Shown piece by piece: positions 28,745-42,220 of a DNA stretch of 64,000 nucleotides (position 1 is its first letter; every line of letters starts with the position of its first letter). The notes under the pieces are model-generated. The model worked only from the letters and a program-made list of their open reading frames with translations, searched no databases and was not told the DNA's origin. The stretch comes from Lobosporangium transversale. Its lineage: Eukaryota. Made by a program: the position numbers and the translations under genes. The stretch spans positions 930,001 through 994,000 of the forward strand of contig NW_019028980.1 in NCBI RefSeq assembly GCF_002105155.1. Reading direction: 5' to 3'.

Positions 28745-31315
28745 TTACTTGCTGGAATTTTCACCCTCCCACCAGCGGTTAATGGAGCTAGCATCGCTCA
28801 TCATGGTATCTCTGACAGGAGGCTGAAGACGTGGAGGTCCATTACTGCTGACGCTGCTAGTGTTGCTGTTGATATTTCCTCCGGCCAGCGGAGAGCTTGT
28901 CAAGGGAGAACTGATGACGCCTGTCAAGAGCATGGACGAATGACGCCTTGGCAGATTCACAGGGCTGGAAGCTCTAGAGGGCAAGGAGGATCGAGGAGAT
29001 CCTCGGCCGCCCATGTCCTCTTCACGTGTTCCCATAGGAGTCATCGAATGCATATTCACGTCCTCAAATCCATCCTCCAACGCCCCCTCGTCCACAAAGA
29101 CAACACAGACCACGGGGAAAGCACCCTCGTTCGATGTGTTCATGTTGACACCGACAGCCCAACCATCATCAAAGACTCTGTGGACATTAATGATATCTCC
29201 AACAGTCAAATCCAGTTCATCCGCCATGGAGGCCTGGTATGGGAAGATTGCTTGGCAGTACGATTGTTTTCCACCAGTACCGCTCATGGTGCTTAATTTC
29301 GAGATACGGTTGGCCGCGGCAGCAGCGGCAGCAGCAGCAGCAGCAGCAGCAGCATTATCCGTGTCCGAAACTGAAACTGAAGGCAAAGCTGTCATAGGAA
29401 TAGGAGCTGATGGAGCCAAAGCGGTCGAGAATCCTTCTTCCTGAATCTTGGGTGCAGAGATATTGTATTTGCTAGTGCTTGCATTAGAGGCATGACGAGA
29501 CAATTTATCTCCATTAGAACGAGCAGGAGTAGGGCCGGCTGATTTCTTTCGACGAATACAGCAGACGATCAATGCAAACAGAACCAATAAGGCTGCTACA
29601 CCGCCACCAATGATGCCTGCAAGAACTGGAGTGGAAAGTCCAGTAGAGCTACTAGGCTTGGATTCCTGTGTGGTGGAGGGTGAAGCATTGGTGGTTGGTC
29701 TAGCCGAGGTGGGCAGCAATGTTGTGGTTGTTGTGGTGATAGCACAGCTCGACGCAGCTGCAGTCGAGCAGCAAGGATCTGCTGAGTTTGCTGTGCAGAA
29801 AGAGCACATGGCTGCCTGAGTACCGAATCCTGTTACGCGCCACCATCCAATCCAGGAATGTGTAAATATAAAGAATATAAGATAAAAAATTTTAGTGAGA
29901 ATTCCAGACCATTGAAATTTGTGCAATATTTAAACGAAGGAAAAAACAGATAAATAAATAGCGAGAGAGTGATAAATAAAAAAAAAAAAAAAAAAAAAAA
30001 AGCATCATTGACTAACTGACACGAATAGTCTTTTTCCTCTTTTGCTCTCTATACCAAACAGATCTCAATGCACAAACACGCACATAACTGCAATAAATAA
30101 CAATAACCGACTCAACGGATGAACGATCAAAAAAAAAAAAAAAAAAAAAAAAAAAAGAAAATACTTTTTTTTTATATTTTTTTGTTTTTGTTTTTGTTTT
30201 TGTTTGTTTTGGGTTGGACAAAAATAACCGCAGATGGGGCTACTGGAGACACGAAATCAATTAAACTAAATAACCCTGCTCTCAACACCATTGGTCAATC
30301 TGGCGCCTAACTCAAAAAAACGCACCACAAACACATAAAAAAAAGGACCTTCTCTCTCTCTCCAAGTCCAGATTAATAAATCTGTATAGACTAGCATCAT
30401 TAAAGAAAAAGGAGGGAGAAGAAGAGGGGGGAGGGAACTGAAAAAGAATGGGGTCGCTATGCAACATAATCATGAATGTTGACCCTAAAAAAATTCATCC
30501 CTGCTTTTTTTTTTTTTTTTTTTTTAATGATGTTTTGCTGCTTGGCCGTTTTTTTAGATGCATGTTTGTAGCAATCAATATTGTCTATTATAACCACTTT
30601 CCAAAAGAACAAAAATACAAAAGACAAAAAAAAAAAAAAAAAAAAAAAAAGAAAAGGAGATAATAGGGCAACGGAGGAGATGGAAAGAGAGTATTAAAAA
30701 TAAAATAAAAAGATATAATAAAATAAAAATGGGGGACTTACCACAGGTAGCTGCCTCATTCGTCGTGGCATTCACACAGGTTCCGTCTGTATCATGAAGA
30801 CCACCCCAGGTCTCAGGACCGCCGACACAGAGAGCGGTCATAGCAGCGGCCTTTTCCTTTGCATCCTGTACAGTAGGGCAGACCCTGTTCACCATCTCTG
30901 TGAGGGAATTAGCATAGAGTGTGCATGAGGAAGCACACAAGGTCGGAGGGTTAGACTTGCATTCTTGTGATTCCCTATCGAGGACAGCCAAGGTGCAGAG
31001 AAGCGATGTCTGGTATCGGATCTTTTCAGTTGCAGAGTATCCGGTACAGGAAGATGTGGTCATAAAGCCTGTGGCGCTCAAGATCGCAGCATCAAAACTG
31101 GCCACATCTGTGAACGCGGTCATGTTGACACCTTCATCATAGACAGCGATATTTCGAGGCACGTTGGTATCGACGCTGAACGAAGCATATTCAGGACAGG
31201 CCTTGGATCCTGTCAGGGACACGCAAGCAGCCTGTGCACTCACTGCCAACAAAGCTGTGGAGATGAGTGTCCGTGCAATCGAGCTAATCCGTCCTTTTTG
31301 TGATGAGTGGTTCAT
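28745..31315 (-). CDS. Type I membrane protein: signal peptide, Cys-rich ectodomain, S/T stalk, TM helix, cytoplasmic SH3; 2 exons (31315-30742, 29829-28745)
   Basis: Signal ...[10 protein letters not shown]; ~16 Cys; [32 protein letters not shown]3 [21 protein letters not shown]...DDGWAVG...EGAFP; splice G|GTAAGT...AACAG|GA gives CGFG. Confidence 0.88.
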
Positions 31316-31472
31316 GGCTAAAGATCCGTATTATAAAGTATCAATTACTGATGGCTAGTAGTTGATGTGGTTGAGAAGAATTAATATGCTAAATTGGGCT
31401 TAGCACGAGATGGGTTGATGTTAAAGATCAAAAGGAGGATGGAATGAGTCGACTTTAAGGAATGAATGAAAG

Positions 31473-31503
<31 letters not shown>

Positions 31504-33250
31504 GAAAGAGGTTGATTCTCTTCTTGCCACGAACAGTAGAAGAAAGAAAGAAAGAAAGAAGGATAAAAAAAGATGTCTTACTCGGGTAACAATCTTTTTT
31601 ACTTTCTTTTCTTTTTTTTTTTAAAAGCTTAATCGTGTGAATAGTAGTGAGGAAAAAAAAGGGGAGAGCCAAAAGGATGTGAGAATAAAGGAGTAAGAAA
31701 GGTGAAGGAGTAGAAGGAGCAGGAGCCAGAAGGAGTTGAAAGAGCAGAAGGAGTAGAAGGATCGGGGTCGTCAAGATGAAGAGAAGAGTGGGTGAGTGAG
31801 TATACAACGGATGAGAGGATATGTACTTGATCCAGTTGAATTGGATTCTGGAACAGGGCTGCCTACTGTTCAAGGCAGAGTAAGGGAAAGGGAAAGAGAA
31901 GGGGAAAAGGGTAAGCAAGATGACGAAGAGGAAAAAGGAACGAAAGAACGAAGAGAAAAAGAAGAAGAAAGAAAAAAAAGAAAAGGAAGAAAGAAAGAAA
32001 GAAAGAAAGAGAGAGGAAAGAGATGATGATGAGCAAAAAAAAAAAAAAAAAAAAAAAAAGAATGAGAAGGATGATGATGAAAAAAAAAGTGAGTGGAAGT
32101 GTGCCTGAGTATGTGTGCCTGAAGCTGTTGTATCGACGGTAACACATGTTGATTGAACATTAAATAAGGTTTGTATTTTGGGTTAAACATTCGCTATCAC
32201 TCGAATGTGTATTTTGCATGCCTTTGTGTATCTGTATCTTCATTAAATGTTTATCATGTTTAATCCGTCTCAATTGTCAAAGCTCTGGGCACCCAGCCTG
32301 GCTGGCCCTGACTTGACCCATGTCCGATGACTGATAACCTGCCATTGGAACATGTATAATATATACATATGTATATACATATGTATATATATAATATAAT
32401 GTATTACATCTATCTACATGCCATAAAATGTCGAGCTTTGACATCCTCCTTGCTCTTCCTTACCTTCCTCTCAGACCACGTAATAAAGAAAAAAAAAAAA
32501 AAAAAAAAAAAAGAATATCGCTCTCATTTTCAATCTTAGACTAACAAAAAAAAAAAAAAAAGATGGTGAATAGCGTATTTTATCCAATGTCTCGTACACA
32601 CGGTATAGTCTATCCATAAATATGTATAAATATCTACTTCCCATACAACCCAACTTCACCTTGATGGGTTCGGGACTAGGGGACAATTCCGTTGAAAAGA
32701 TGCCCATGCTACTTTGCTCTCAACATTTCTTGCTCTCTTGCATCTATATTTGTATAGTCTACAAGTCAAACATATTCACACACAGTCTCTGTACAGCACG
32801 CTTTTTCTTTTCCTTTTCCTTTTTCTTTGGCTCACTTGTGCACTTGTATTAATGATATATGAGTGCTTGGTTGCTTATTAGTATTTAAACTAGTTGGGAC
32901 CCCTCGGCTCATATTTTATTTAGAAATCCAGGGTACATGTATGCTTTTTGTTTTTTAATTCTTAGTCAGTCGATTGCAAAAAAAATAAAAAATAAAAGAA
33001 ACCCTTCATTACCAAATCACAAATGCTCTTTCTTCCCAGCATGCGGACACTTATTGGACACTTGACTTTTCCACATTTTCATAACTAAACCCCACATTTC
33101 AATAAAAAAAAAAAAAGGCCTAGAAATACATTTTACTCTTTTTTGTTTGTTTGTTTATTTGTGTATTGGTTATTTACAAATCTTTTTTATTTTTTAATTT
33201 TTAATAACATGAATGTCACGTTACACAGACTCAAAGCCCTCAAGTCTTTT

Positions 33251-33990
33251 TTAATTTGTTTGATCGCCAAAGACGTCAGTTCCATACAATGCCTCGGAAC
33301 TCCTGTAACGTTTAACAACATCGTCTTGGGCAATCTTTCTGAGGACCTTGAGATCCTCTTCATCCAGCTCAATATCCTGGAAATTCGACTTTATATGTTC
33401 TTCACTTCCAGCCTTGGGAACGACACTAGTGCCACGCTGCTGTGCCCAAGCGAGAAGGACATTGGCATTGGATGAATTATGCTTCTTTGCAATGTCAGAA
33501 ATCTATTACATAATAAATCGAAGAAAAAAAAGAAAGGAATAAAGAGTCAATGATTGTATATAAAGTAGGTGCAACAAGGAAAAGAAATAACAGCAAAGAA
33601 GCTTTTTTTTTTTTTTTTTTTATTTATTTATTTATTTTTATTTTTACCTCTCCTCCTTTCATCAAAGGAGATTCAGCGTATCCAAGGGGTGCATAGCCTG
33701 TCAGGTGGATCCCTTTGCCTTGACAATATTCCAAGAGATCCCATTGTGGATTCTCAGGATGAAGTTCGACCTGATTGACTGCAGGGACGATTTTGGCGGA
33801 TTTTAACAATTTCTCAAGGCTGTTAATGGAAAAGTTTGAGACACCAAGGGCTTTCACCTTGCCAGTCGACATCAACTCCTCCATAGCCTTGTATGTGTCT
33901 ACGATGTCGATATCCACAATCAAAGCCTTGCCATTCTCATCCTTTGGCTTGGGATCAGGACCAGGCTTGAAAGCAATAGGCCAATGCTAT

Positions 33991-34031
<41 letters not shown>

Positions 34032-34665
34032 AAATATATATATATATGTAATATTTTCAAGGTATTAGACAAAACCTCTTTCATTGATCTTCGTTCACCT
34101 CACACACCATGATGACATCATTCCTCAATTACTACAATTATCAGGTCAACTTTTTTTTTTTTTTTTTTTTTTTTTTCTTTTTGGTTATCATACCATCAAG
34201 TACAAGTCAACGTAATCCAAGCCAAGGTTTTTGAGGGAGGTCTCGAAGGCAGGCAAAACATCCTCAGGACGATGTGAGTTATTCCATAACTTTGTGGTTA
34301 CATGGATTTCTTCACGGGGAACATTCGATTGTCTAATGGCCTCCCCAACCTCTTTCTCGTTGCCGTAGAACCAAGCAGTGTCAATGTGGCGGTATCCAGT
34401 CTCAAGTGCCTTCTTAACGGCGTTTACTGCCTCCTGACCCTTGAGCTCCGCGGTTCCAAAACTGATTGACAGTAATAATAATGATATCCAAAATAAATAA
34501 TGATATCCAAAATAAATAATGATATCCAAAATAAATAAATAAATAAATAATGTTTACTCGGCCAAATCTAGGACGCGACTTTTTATTATTGTTATTATTT
34601 ATTTCTTACCCAAGCAATGGAATGGTGGCACCGGTATTGAGTTTTGCAGTCCTTCGAAGAGACAT
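33251..34665 (-). CDS. Aldo-keto reductase, divergent paralog A, 4 exons
   Basis: [68 protein letters not shown]; catalytic D/Y/K/H all present. Confidence 0.93.
34480..34536. repeat. 19-bp tandem repeat x3 (AATGATATCCAAAATAAAT) in intron 1 of AKR paralog A
   Basis: Three consecutive copies read directly. Confidence 0.85.
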
Positions 34666-35175
34666 GGCGATTTCTTGCTCTTTTTTTGTGTGTGTATAAA
34701 GATAGTCTTTCAAATGAGTGGAATGAGAGTGATAAGGTGAGGGGGAGGAAAAAAGGAAAAAATTGGTCATTGACACTTTCCCATGGCCTTCTTTTTTATA
34801 CCTTTCTTCTCAGTTGAAGTGACTCTTTACGAAGCCAAGTAAAACTCACTATTTCCTCTACTTTTTCCCAGCTAGTCTCGCTTAGCTTACATGCAGCCTA
34901 CTGTCATTTTTGTGTTACACCCTTGCTGGGTGTTATATATACATGTGTCTTAAATATGGAACTAGTCCATTGCCGCACAGCAACTTGGTGTGAACTAAGT
35001 TGCCCTGTCCTTTCTTTACGCGATATATTTATATATATATATAATATAAAAGAAAGCGATTCGTCATCATCATCCAAGTTCCTCTTATCAGGCTACGAGA
35101 GAAGTTACACTTTATGATCTAATGTACTAGGTTTATTACATAAATATTTTCTATACGGGGTGTGATCAAGCACTT

Positions 35176-35518
35176 TTAGTCATCAAAGACCTTAATACCT
35201 CCCCAGGACTCCTGAGGATCACAATAGCGGTGAGGGGGGCTGGCCTGGGAGAGTTCCTTAAGAGTCTTAAGGTCCTCCGCGTCCAGCTCAATATCCTGGA
35301 AGTTGGAAGCAATACGAGACTCGGTCACAGACTTGGGGATAACACTCGTGCCACGCTGCTGAGCCCAGGCAATGAGGACATTAGCATTCGAAGAGTTGTG
35401 CTTCTCAGCAATCTTGGTGATCTAATTAGTTGTTGGTTGAATACAGAAATAGGTTGTCAGAATATCAAAATCATAATCATTGAGGAATTCATAATGGAAC
35501 AAGCTCGCACCCACAGCT

Positions 35519-35563
<45 letters not shown>

Positions 35564-36764
35564 TTACCTCATCACGCTTGATCAAAGGAGAATCGGTGGA
35601 TCCAAGAGGAGAGTAGGCTGTGTTGTGGATACCCTTGGATTGGCAGAACTCTAGGAGCTCCCACTGTGGGTTCTCGGGATGGAGCTCAACCTGGTTAACT
35701 GCAGGGATGATCTTTGCTGAGCTCAACAGCTTGCTAAGGTTCGCCACTGTGAAATTGGAGACACCAATAGCTTTGGTCTTGCCAGTGGCAATAAGGTCCT
35801 CCATAGCCTTATAGGTCTCGGTAAAATCAACACCCTCTCTGATAGCCTTGCCATTTTCATCCCTCGGAATTCCAGAATGACCAGACTTGAAATCAATGGG
35901 CCAGTGCTAATAAAAAGATCAAAAAATAATTATTACATAACAACGTCAGTTTTGCTTAGAAGCTTTTCTCTTTTTTTTTTTTTTTTTTTTTTCTTTGAAA
36001 TGATTGTGTCAGAATCTTACCATCAAGTACAAATCGACGTAATCCAAACCGAGGTTCTTAAGGGAAGTTTCAAGCGCAGGCAAGACATCCTCAGGACGAT
36101 GGGAGGTGTTCCATAACTTGGTGGTAATAAAGAGCTGCTCGCGAGGGATGCCAGATTCCTTGATGGCCTCTCCAATCTCCTTCTCGTTACCATAGATAGA
36201 AGCGGTATCGATATGACGGTATCCAACTTCCAGAGCCTTCTTTACAGCCTTCTTGACTTCATTGGCCTTGCTCTGCCAAGTTCCCAAACTGAAATAATCG
36301 AATTTAAGAATAAAAAAATAAAATAAAATAAAATAATCAGCATTCCTTCGCTTTGTAAATATGTTTTCGTTTCTTTAAAAACAAAACAGCATGCAGCTCT
36401 GCCAAAAAGCAAGCAAGGGGGGGGGGGGGAGAGAGAGAGAGGAGAGGAAGGGGGATCGTCAATGCATGGCATGCATGACATGATCAATTGATCCGTGGCA
36501 CGCACGTTGTTTCAAGAGTCGACAGACAAGAGTTGCTAAAATGTTGATTATTATTATTGTGATGTGTGGGAAATATTTTTCATTTTCTCTTTGTCCGGGC
36601 CCAGGTTCTCTCTTCCTCTCCCACTTTCCTTTGGGTATATGCGATCCATGCAGTGACAAAAGTAGCATGATCTTTTTTTTTTTTGCATTGGTCTGTGCAA
36701 GAACTTACCCAACCAAAGGGATAGTAGCGCCGGTGTTCAACTTTGCAGTTCTTCCAAGAGACAT
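35176..36764 (-). CDS. Aldo-keto reductase (Gcy1/Ypr1/AKR1A-like), canonical paralog B, 4 exons
   Basis: [59 protein letters not shown]; same intron positions as paralog A. Confidence 0.95.
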
Positions 36765-37937
36765 GATGTATAATGTAAATATGTAGTTCTGTTATGAAAG
36801 TATGGATCAAGAGAAAAATGAATATGTACAAAAGGCGAATGACAGAATATGAAAAGAAAAAGCGAATGGAAAGGAAGAAAAAGGTGATGGTCTATTTATT
36901 ATTTATACTTGGGTAAATTCAAAGGTTTAGGAAAAATCTTTACGCCAAACCAATTCCTATTGGCTGCTGAACTCTAATTGACAGAAGGAGATGGAAAGAA
37001 AAAAAAAAAAAAAAAAACGGTTGATTTGTCACGCCTAGTGATACACATATTTATACATGAATAGCATGAATATGAGCAGCGTTTGTCCATGAATATGTAT
37101 ATGTACGTGCACATGCTCAAGTACACGAATGTCTTCCTTGTGTACTCGTCACACCATCAAATAAAAAGATGCTCACTTTCATCATGATCGCGTCTTTTTT
37201 TTTTTTTAGCCTAGTGAAATCTCCGTCGTTATCTTCTTCAGAACGTACAGATATCGGTCATGTTTATAGAGCTCGTCATCAAATAAGATTAACAAATTAG
37301 TAAAATGGATTTATATATATTTTTACATCTCCATTTGAAACTCCAATGGATGTTTGGAACAACATGAATAAACTACATCTGCTCTACACATATTTTAAAG
37401 CCTGTCTTATCTCAGCTTAAATGGGTATTTTATTTTTTATTATTGATATTGGCGTATCAGCAAAGACATGTGTGTGGAGAATGTTGAACTAGCCACCATG
37501 TGTTAAGTGATAATATCGTGTTTAAATTTAGCAAGATAATCCTTCATGACATAACGACCATTCGGATATCATACAGGTCGCTAAAAAGAGATAACGACAA
37601 TACGAGTCCAGACGACTTGTCAGTCTTATCCTTTATTACATGGTTTTTTTTTATCTTTCCCAAGGAATATGATAAATTGGTTATCGTTTGAAGGGTCTTG
37701 TGTGGGTGGTGGATATGGTCATTCAAAATTCATTGAAAAACAAAGATAACAATGCTGGTGCTTTTTTTTTTATATTTTTTTCCAACATGAGTAGAACAAT
37801 GCCATCCAAAATTTGTTTCCTTGGGTATAGAGAATATTGATTTTGTCCATGAACCTGCCAAAAAGGACATTTCAGTTCCGCTGAGATGTTCCGAATCCTT
37901 TTTTTTTTTTTTTTTTCCCTTTTTAAGATGGGTTCAT

Positions 37938-38601
37938 TCAAGTGCTGGTTGTGTTGGTTAATGACGAAGGAGACCCAACAGAGTAGTGTGGCGTTTCGCT
38001 GGAAGAGATCACTCCTGCAGTTGCTATTGTTGCTATTGAGGTAGGTGTTTGTTCTGGTGATTGATAAGCCCAATAGTGGCTTTGCCTATGTGTATCTGCG
38101 TGGTATGATGGTGGTGGTTGCTGTGGCATAGCTATCTCCAACTCATCAATGGTTGGATTAGGAACTACAACAATGACCGAGCCTGTAGGAGATACTGCTC
38201 TGCGTGGTATTGCCTGTGATCCTTCTTCCCCTTGAGTATCCTCATATTGAGATGGTATCTCATCCTCATAGACACATCGAGGATCATGTTGATGGTCGAT
38301 ATAAATGGGAGGCAAGTTTTTCTCTAAAAAAAAAAAAAAGAATCAAGTATGACAGTCAGATTTTTTTTTTTTCTTTTTTTTTGTTTCAATTATTTTAATG
38401 AGACATGTGAGAAATAACCACAAAGGATTCTTGTAAATTACCAATAGCCTCCTGTCTTCTTTGGTGTGCTTCATGCTCGTATTCGTGCCATACTTTCATC
38501 TCCTTGCGGATCTTTCGATAAATGAAGAAATATCCAAAGGTTCCAAAGAGTCCCAGTAGAGCCACAAGAGCCGAGATATAGATTGCAGCCTGGCCTGGCA
38601 T
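37938..38601 (-). CDS. Small single-pass membrane protein with PPxY motifs, 2 exons
   Basis: N-terminal TM AIYISALVALLGLFGTFGYFFIY-RKIRK; splice ATT G|GTAATT...TTTTAG|AG joins in frame to LPPIY...PPPSY tail. Confidence 0.75.
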
Positions 38602-39824
38602 TTTGATGTTGTCCTTGGCAATGAATCAGAGGTATTAAAAAAATTAAAAAGTTGATGGTATAGAGCTGATAATGAGAATGTGAAAAGGATTGATGGTTTG
38701 TTCACCCCTCCTTGTATTTATACAGATATGGACTTTTTTTTTTTTTTTTCTTTTTCTTTTTCTTTATTCCCTATCTCATCCTTCTCTTTCTCATGGCACC
38801 CATTGATCCGGCTTACTTTCGTTTTTAAGGACCGTAAGGGGGGAGAAAGGGCTGTATGGTTTTTTATTTCTAGACCGTCATAATGGCCAATGACCATAAT
38901 GTGGTCCAATAAAACAAGCTTAAAGTTCCGAGGTAGCGGATTTTTAGAGCAAAGGTCTTATCAGGACAGGGTGGCAGGGTCCATCTTCGTCCTCAAACGC
39001 AAGGAGAATTTGTAGTTCCGCAATCATTGAACTCTTCTTGGACTCTATCATCGGCAATTGAATGTAAAGTTGACAAACCAACTGCTTATCATCTTGACTT
39101 CTGAATATTTCCAATAAATTCTATCATTAATGAAAAATAGCAACAATACTTTATAAGTATTACAAATACATATAAATATATATGATCCATATACAGACAG
39201 CAGGCAATCCAAATAATTAAGACAGGAGTACTAACTCTACTGCGACGCACAACACTGCCACAATTAGTGGCCCACAGCAGTCCACAGCAGTTTTTTGTAA
39301 TCTTGGCAAAAAAAAATAAAATATGGGAAAAAATGGTGGCAAATGCAATCATTTTATTCTAGACCTTTTTCAGTATTCCAAACAATCGATCGAGGGCTCC
39401 TCTAAAACTGTCACAACCCGCTGCGGCGCAAACATGACAGCTCTTACTGTTCCTGCCAGGAAAATTCTCTCAGAAGCTTTCCTTTTCGTTGCCTCCTCCT
39501 CCTGCAGCCTACATTCATATTCATTCCTGAAACCTTTCCTTCTCTCCCCTCACTCTCACTCTCTCTCTCTGCTCATTTCATCCTTTCCTCGGAATTCCAC
39601 AATGAGATTGGCATCTTCACGTTGCTACCCCAAAGTTTGCTTCAAAAAGGAAAAAAAAAAAAAAAAACCAAACTCAATTGAAATGTGTTACTGAGTGCCG
39701 ATCACAAAGTTGATACATGTGTTTTATTCTGATGCGCACCTTTTCATTCATTTATGGTACATTTATCGCTTTAACGCCTAATTAAGGGACTTTATAATGT
39801 TTATAAAAAACATTCCAATTAATG

Positions 39825-39856
<32 letters not shown>

Positions 39857-41295
39857 AAAAAGAAAAATTTATTTAATTTATTATGTTTTAGGTAAGCTAA
39901 TATGTTCTCTTCTCGTGCCGATAAAAAAAAAAAAAAAAACTTCAGCCTTCAAAGCACCTTTTCTGCTGCGACTTTTTCTTAAATCTTGATGCTATGTCAA
40001 CCCAGAAAAAACGCGGCGCTTTTTTTTTTTTTTTTTTTTTCTTTCTTTCTTAGACCATTATGCTCCATGTTTAATATTCATTCCCTCATGGTTTAAAACG
40101 ATCCTTCCGATGCAATCTTGGTCTAGCTAGCATGCCGCAGACCATTTTTGAAAACTCAACCCCGGACTTTGGTTTTCATTATTATTTTTATTATTTCCAC
40201 TTTATTTATTTAATTTTTTTTATTGTAATGGCTATATGTAGTATGTATGCATCCAATTGCAAGTGAGGGACACAATGAGACCAAATTGCACAACTCTTTT
40301 TATTTCTCCCCCCAAACAATTAAAATATACCGTGCGCAATGTCATTATCTCCCAGAAGAGAATCTTTGGCGTTGCATGGGAACCCACTTCCAATGCATCT
40401 TCACGCTAGGATCTTATTCTTTTTTTTTTTTTTTTTTTTTTTACGCGTGGGTGCATGCATTACACTCTTTTTTAGTTTCTTTTTTCTTCTTTCTTGCAAA
40501 AAAATGATGTTTAGCTTTCTAACGTCGACCTTTTTTTTTTTTTAGTTATGTAGAAAAGGACAATGATTGTGTATACTAGACGTAACAAACATCAGTGCAT
40601 GTGCTTGGCTTTTTTTTTTTTTTGAAAAGAAAAAAAAAAAAAAAGCAAAGGAAACATGTGAGCATTCATTTGTTCCGCCTTTCTTTTTTTACCTTTTCCT
40701 TCTCCATGTTATATAATATGCCACAAGATAGAAATTTTTATTCTTTGTAATTATCGGTAGATGAATCCAGTGGCCAAGGAAGGATAACTTGAGTTGTTCG
40801 CTCCAGGCCCATAATTGAGCAGGATCACACACCTTTATATTTGTTATATATATTTATGAACTATGGGGACACAAAATAAATATTACAACAGTTGTGTCCT
40901 TCTGCTTGCTTTTAGTCTTACCTTACTCATGACGGCAAAGGAATGGGGGGAGGGAGGAGAGGTTGATCGAGCGAAAAACAAATGTGTAAATGTGTACAAA
41001 GAAAAGAATGGACATGTGTCCCGAGGAAAGAAAAAAAAGGTGAGTAGAAACATAATGCATCATCGCCACCACAAACAGGCCTACACACATGCACATACAA
41101 CACGCCTGCGCTTTTTTATCCCCCTCATCCTCCTCCCTAATTTTATTCATCCCTGCATTTCTATTGACCAGCAAGGTAAACATGCTCGATCCTCTTTCCT
41201 CCAATTCACGATCGAACATCTTTATTTTACCATATTCTACTATATTTTATCTTTTTATTATATTTTATTTTATTTTATTTTATTTATTTATTTGT

Positions 41296-41327
<32 letters not shown>

Positions 41328-41698
41328 TTTTTTTTGCATAAACCAAGATATAAAAGTGTTTAAATTGAACCGTTAATAACTCGTTACCATGTTGTCATGA
41401 CCTCTTCTTTTCTTTTTTCCTTCTTTTTCCCCTTTTCAATTTCCTAGAAGGAGGGTTTTTTTTTTTTTTTTTTTTTGTTCTTTCATTTCTTCCATTCTTG
41501 TATTTAATTTCTTTTTTTTCATCTTTTGCCTCACCATTGTAAATAAGTTACTTGTCATTTTTTGTATATTCACTCTTTTTCATGATCTTAATTTGCTCTT
41601 TCCTCTTCAATCTACCTTCTTTTTTGTGTTTGTTTAAAGCGTAACCTTTTCGGCTGTCGTTGTCATTCTTTTATTCCTTCGCTCACTTTCTCTTTATA

Positions 41699-42185
41699 AT
41701 GTCTGAAAACAAACCCACAGCCACATCTACTACATCGCGCAGAAGAGCCATTACCACTATCGAGACCAGTTCAACTGGCTCTCCTAATCAAGTTCATGAT
41801 TATGCTCCCTACCATACCCATCATCAACAACGTCAATACCACTCAGACATTCATTCTGCAGATGACCTCGCCCATCCATCCTCGCCGCCTACAAATGAAC
41901 GTCCTTATAGACGGAAAAAGCGTATTTCTGCCACATTTGGAGGCCCAGGATCAGTCTCTGGATCAACCTCCGGATCTGGGTCTTCAGATTCAACATTCAC
42001 ACTCACTTCACCGTCTTCACCATTAACACCTTTATTCGAGACTTTAATACAATCGCCACTGCCATTATCACCTGAGTCTCCTAATGATCAACTCCCTTCT
42101 CAACATCCCTTTGACCTTCATCCACTTAACTCTGATTCATTGTCTTCACGCGCACCTCGACCGCAGCAGCAGCAGCAGCAGCGGC

Positions 42186-42220
<35 letters not shown>

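Noticed and set aside
28595..29444. Antisense ORFs over the SH3 gene, and the many poly-F/poly-K ORFs elsewhere in the track
   Set aside because: Shadows of real CDSs or translations of homopolymer tracts, mostly with non-ATG starts.
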